A DNA stretch of 64,000 nucleotides from a virus. A program made the position numbers and the translations under genes. The stretch spans positions 33,601 to 97,600 of IMG/VR virus record IMGVR_UViG_3300020000_000010. One strand, written 5' to 3'. Shown here piece after piece: positions 60,778 to 64,000 of this stretch. The notes below the pieces were generated by a model. It was given only the letters and a program-made list of their open reading frames with translations. It had not been told where the DNA came from and did no database searches. The first letter of the stretch is position 1. Each line of letters opens with the position of its first letter.

Positions 60778-62004
60778 ATGACCAATACTAACACAACAGA
60801 ATTATTTGCAGGATTAACAAATTTAGTATCTAATAATATGGAAACAGTTATTAATACTGAAGAGAATACAGAAAAAGAAGTGAGTTTTACTTTAGAAGAA
60901 CTAGAGACTAAAATGAAACCTTTAGAAGATACTACTGAAAAAACAGAGATTGATTTAATAAAAGAAGCAAAAGCTAAAGGAACCAAAGTAGATCCTAAGA
61001 TTGAAAAAACACCTGAAGAAATTGCTGCTGAAACAGAAAATGTTGAAGACAAAGAAGATACTACAGGAACAGAAACTGATGATACTAAATTAGAGGTTTA
61101 TAGTTCTTTATCCGCTTTACTTAGAGAAGAAGGAGTACTAGATAAAGATTTTACCTCAATGGATGAAATGTTTACTTTATTCTCAGAAAAGGTAACAGCA
61201 GAAGCTAATGAACTATTAAATGAAGAATTAGAATCTAGGCCAGAAGAACTTCAAGAACTTATTAAAAACTATAAAGAAGGTGTTCCTTTTGATGAATTAC
61301 TTAAAACAAAGTCTAATCAAATGAGATATTCTAATATAGAACTATCTAAGATAGAAGAAGATGAAGACCTTCAAAAAGAACTAGTTACAGAATATTTAAA
61401 GAAAACTACTAAGTTTTCAGAAGATAAGATTAAAAAAGAAGTTAAAAGACTCTCAGACCTCGGAGAATTATCTGATGAGGCTAAGGGTGCTAAAACAGAA
61501 TTGGTTGCATTAGAGAAAGAATTTGAGGCTAATTTAAAGAAAGAAACTAAGGTTAGACAAGAGACTGAAAGAAAAGAAAATGAAAAGATAGTTAAAGAGA
61601 TTCATAAACAAGTAGCTTCTGTTAGGGAAGTAATTCCTGGAATTAAAGTTACAGAGAAAGAATCTAATGAACTATTTAAAATGATTACAACTCCTGTAGA
61701 AATCAGAGGAAATCAACCAGTTTCTTATGCTATGCAAGTTAGGGAACAAGATCCTATTAAGTTTGATCTTACTTTAAATTATTTGATTAAGCAAGGAGCT
61801 TTTGAAGGAAAATGGGATTTTGTTAGTAAGAAAGCAACTACTAAGGCTGTTTCTAATCTAGAAAAGCAAGTAGAAGAAGCAGCTGCTAAGTTAATTAATA
61901 AGGGGGGTAAACCTGCTGATATTCAAGATAATGATAAATCAAAAAGAACAATAAGTGGTTTAGAATCAGCAATGACTAAACTAAAGAAAGAAAGAATGCA
62001 ATAA
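60778..62004 (+). CDS. Acidic scaffolding-like capsid assembly protein
   Basis: Glu-rich coiled-coil protein between the portal and the MCP. Confidence 0.65.
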   Translation: MTNTNTTELFAGLTNLVSNNMETVINTEENTEKEVSFTLEELETKMKPLEDTTEKTEIDLIKEAKAKGTKVDPKIEKTPEEIAAETENVEDKEDTTGTETDDTKLEVYSSLSALLREEGVLDKDFTSMDEMFTLFSEKVTAEANELLNEELESRPEELQELIKNYKEGVPFDELLKTKSNQMRYSNIELSKIEEDEDLQKELVTEYLKKTTKFSEDKIKKEVKRLSDLGELSDEAKGAKTELVALEKEFEANLKKETKVRQETERKENEKIVKEIHKQVASVREVIPGIKVTEKESNELFKMITTPVEIRGNQPVSYAMQVREQDPIKFDLTLNYLIKQGAFEGKWDFVSKKATTKAVSNLEKQVEEAAAKLINKGGKPADIQDNDKSKRTISGLESAMTKLKKERMQ

Positions 62005-62040
62005 TAAGAGTACAATTAACCTTTAAATATAAATAAAAAC

Positions 62041-63525
62041 ATGAGTTACGGTAAAATTTCACCACTACAAAAATTTGAGCCTAAAGATTGGTCAGGCTTA
62101 ACCACAGAGAACCACTTAGGAGCTATGTGGGGACAACAGCCAATTCTCATCAATGATACTATAGAGAATATCTTTGATGTTAACGTAGGTTTAGACCTAG
62201 ATAGGTTTATGGATCAATTCCCTACATTTGAAATCAATGATGATCTACCTTTTGAATGGTTGCTTAATACACAATCTCCATTTAAGAGTCTTCCTCTAAT
62301 TAATTACTACGATAGTACTTTATCTAGTCAACCAGCACAAGCGGGTATTGGGCTAAGTGATTTCTGGTTAGAATTTCCAGATAAGATCTTTGCTGAGATT
62401 GATGTAATTGCTCCAGCAAGTTATGATAAAGAGATTTATCAATTGAAAATTAAAGAATGGAGACCAAATGGTTCTAACCATCTTTATAGAGTTTCTTTTA
62501 TTGCAGGAGATCATAACCTATTTATGCCAGCAGCTAGTTTAGCAGGTGGTACTAGATTTGTTAAAATGTTTGCTCCAGTAGAACAAACTTTATCACAAAG
62601 AGGATCTGACAGTATTGTACATTCTTCTCCTTTTAGGATGCAGAATCGTTGTTCTATGATTAGAGCAGAATACAAAGTACCTGGAAATATGATTGATAAG
62701 AAGGAAAATGCTCCTCTTGGATTCTATTTTGTAGATGCTTCGGGAAATAAACATACTACTTGGTTATCTAAATTAGACTATGATTTCATGGTTCAGTTTA
62801 AACGTCAGAAAGCAATGTTAGGTCTTTATGCTAAAAACAATAAGACTTCACAAGGAACTTATGATGTTAAAGGAGAATCAGGATATGAAGTAAAAATGGG
62901 TTCAGGAGTTTATGAACAAATTTCTCCTTCAAATGTCCATTACTATTCTAGTTTTAATATTGATGTTGTATCAGATATTCTATTAACCTTATCTGTTGGT
63001 AAATTACCAGAAGATAAACGTAGATTTGTACTTGGTACAGGAGAATATGGAATGAGAGCTTTCCACAGAGCAGTAGAAACTAAATCTGTAACTTATGGCC
63101 CTAACAGGACTGAAAGTAGGATTGGTGGAAAAGGCTTTGAAATGTCTTATGGAGGTCAGTTCAAGAAATATTCATTTATTAATGGTATTGAAATTGAACT
63201 AATGTATATTCCTTTCTTGGATGATCCAAGTTTGTGTTCTGTACAACATCCTGATGGAGGTTTATTAAGTTCATATGAATATTTAATTTTAGATTTTGGT
63301 ACTCAACAAGGAAGACCTAATATTCAAAAAGTTTCTGTAAAAGGACAACAAGAAGGTATGAGATATATTCCTGGTTTAAGAGATCCTTTTACTCCTAATA
63401 ACCCTGTTAAGCCTTCAATGACTGTTTCTAAAGTAGATGGTTATGAGATTATGAAGTGGTATATTGGTGGTGTAAAAATCCATAATCCAATGAGAATTGC
63501 ACGATTGATTCCTAATATTTCATAA
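62041..63525 (+). CDS. Major capsid protein
   Basis: WSGLTTENHLG, MGSGVYEQI, TGEYG..FH and YIPGLRDPF. Size and position match the crAss-like MCP. Confidence 0.92.
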   Translation: MSYGKISPLQKFEPKDWSGLTTENHLGAMWGQQPILINDTIENIFDVNVGLDLDRFMDQFPTFEINDDLPFEWLLNTQSPFKSLPLINYYDSTLSSQPAQAGIGLSDFWLEFPDKIFAEIDVIAPASYDKEIYQLKIKEWRPNGSNHLYRVSFIAGDHNLFMPAASLAGGTRFVKMFAPVEQTLSQRGSDSIVHSSPFRMQNRCSMIRAEYKVPGNMIDKKENAPLGFYFVDASGNKHTTWLSKLDYDFMVQFKRQKAMLGLYAKNNKTSQGTYDVKGESGYEVKMGSGVYEQISPSNVHYYSSFNIDVVSDILLTLSVGKLPEDKRRFVLGTGEYGMRAFHRAVETKSVTYGPNRTESRIGGKGFEMSYGGQFKKYSFINGIEIELMYIPFLDDPSLCSVQHPDGGLLSSYEYLILDFGTQQGRPNIQKVSVKGQQEGMRYIPGLRDPFTPNNPVKPSMTVSKVDGYEIMKWYIGGVKIHNPMRIARLIPNIS

Positions 63526-63543
63526 ATTAGCTATCAGAAAGAT

Positions 63544-63576
63544 AAAAAAGAGTAGGCTAAAACCTGCTCTTTTTTT
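63544..63576 (+). terminator. Intrinsic terminator after the MCP
   Basis: AAAAAAGAGTAGG-loop-CCTGCTCTTTTTTT. Confidence 0.88.
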
Positions 63577-63605
63577 GTTTATATCAAAACTTCTTCTTAA
63601 CTTTG
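63574..63605 (+). promoter_or_regulatory. Bacteroidota sigma70-type promoter overlapping the terminator tail
   Basis: TTTG-N20-TAACTTTG. Confidence 0.75.
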
Positions 63606-63630
63606 TGCTATAATAAACTAAAAAAAGAAC

Positions 63631-64000
63631 ATGGAAGAAATTAAAGCTGTATTAAAAACTTTGGAATTAAGAGATATTCTTATTGATAAGAAGGTTAAAG
63701 TAGAACCTATTAAAAGGGGTAATGAGTGGCTACCTACTGGACATGATGGTGAATTTATGTATACTGATGCAATGTGGAGTATGGATTTACCTGTTATTGC
63801 TAGTACTGGAATGAGGAGAGCTATTTTCACTAGAGAAGAGCAAAAACTTATTGAGAAAGAACTTAATCTACCCGAAGGAGATTTATCCTTTTATGATAAA
63901 GATAAAGGATTCTGGGCTACAAATAAGAAGGCTAGAGTGTCTTTAGGCAAGGAAGGATTAGTATTAAATCTAATGGATCTTATGGATCTTATTAAATATA
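63631..64000 (+). CDS. Conserved crAss-like protein downstream of the MCP (3'-truncated, not in the ORF track)
   Basis: Hand translation MEEIKAVLKTLELRD...HDGEFMY...FW..., open to the window end. Confidence 0.75.
   Translation, partial: MEEIKAVLKTLELRDILIDKKVKVEPIKRGNEWLPTGHDGEFMYTDAMWSMDLPVIASTGMRRAIFTREEQKLIEKELNLPEGDLSFYDKDKGFWATNKKARVSLGKEGLVLNLMDLMDLIKY

Noticed and set aside
4391-63830. Antisense or alternate-frame ORFs in the track (4391, 7350, 18410, 19599, 20980, 27406, 28406, 35839, 40159, 42498, 49047, 50470, 52079, 56931, 57871, 60251, 60768, 63618)
   Set aside because: They oppose the local transcription direction or overlap better-supported genes or RNAs, and they have the F/L/S/I-rich composition of shadow frames.
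1-64000. Stop-codon reassignment as in some crAss-like phages
   Set aside because: Long genes (TerL, portal, MCP, PolB, RNAP) are intact in code 11, and TAG and TGA serve as real stops (for example at 5879, 50151 and 17839).
1-64000. Prophage, DGR or retron
   Set aside because: No integrase, host flanks, reverse transcriptase or template/variable repeat pair was seen.

Overview
AT-rich segment of a lytic crAss-like phage (Crassvirales-type gene set) whose host is most likely a Bacteroidota species, because TTTG-N20-TAnnTTTG promoters recur and one gene carries a T9SS sorting domain. There are three transcription blocks. (+) 1-5822 holds the 3' part of the giant virion RNA polymerase and a second large virion protein. 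(-) 5879-49380 holds an NAD-rebuilding module (Prs-like, HAD, Nampt-like), nucleotide and replication genes (exonuclease, RusA-like, primase, SSB, AAA ATPase, DnaB, PolB), a phiEco32-type amidoligase/ATP-grasp/GATase cluster split by a group I intron, and a long run of small early genes interleaved with structured RNAs. (+) 49561-64000 holds GIY-YIG, HU/IHF-like, GroES-like, HNH, terminase, portal, scaffold-like and major capsid genes. The most unusual content is: a non-canonical RNA module (tmRNA with a 42-codon tag, a tRNA with a ~74-nt structured anticodon-loop insert, a D-arm-less tRNA, tRNA-like RNAs locked in long stems, two 200-300 nt structured RNAs and about 8 stem-closed elements); a Reelin-like, signal-peptide-bearing T9SS cargo protein; and a SLOG-like domain appended to the virion RNAP. 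All protein calls come from motif recognition by eye and all RNA folds were paired by hand. No database search was run.
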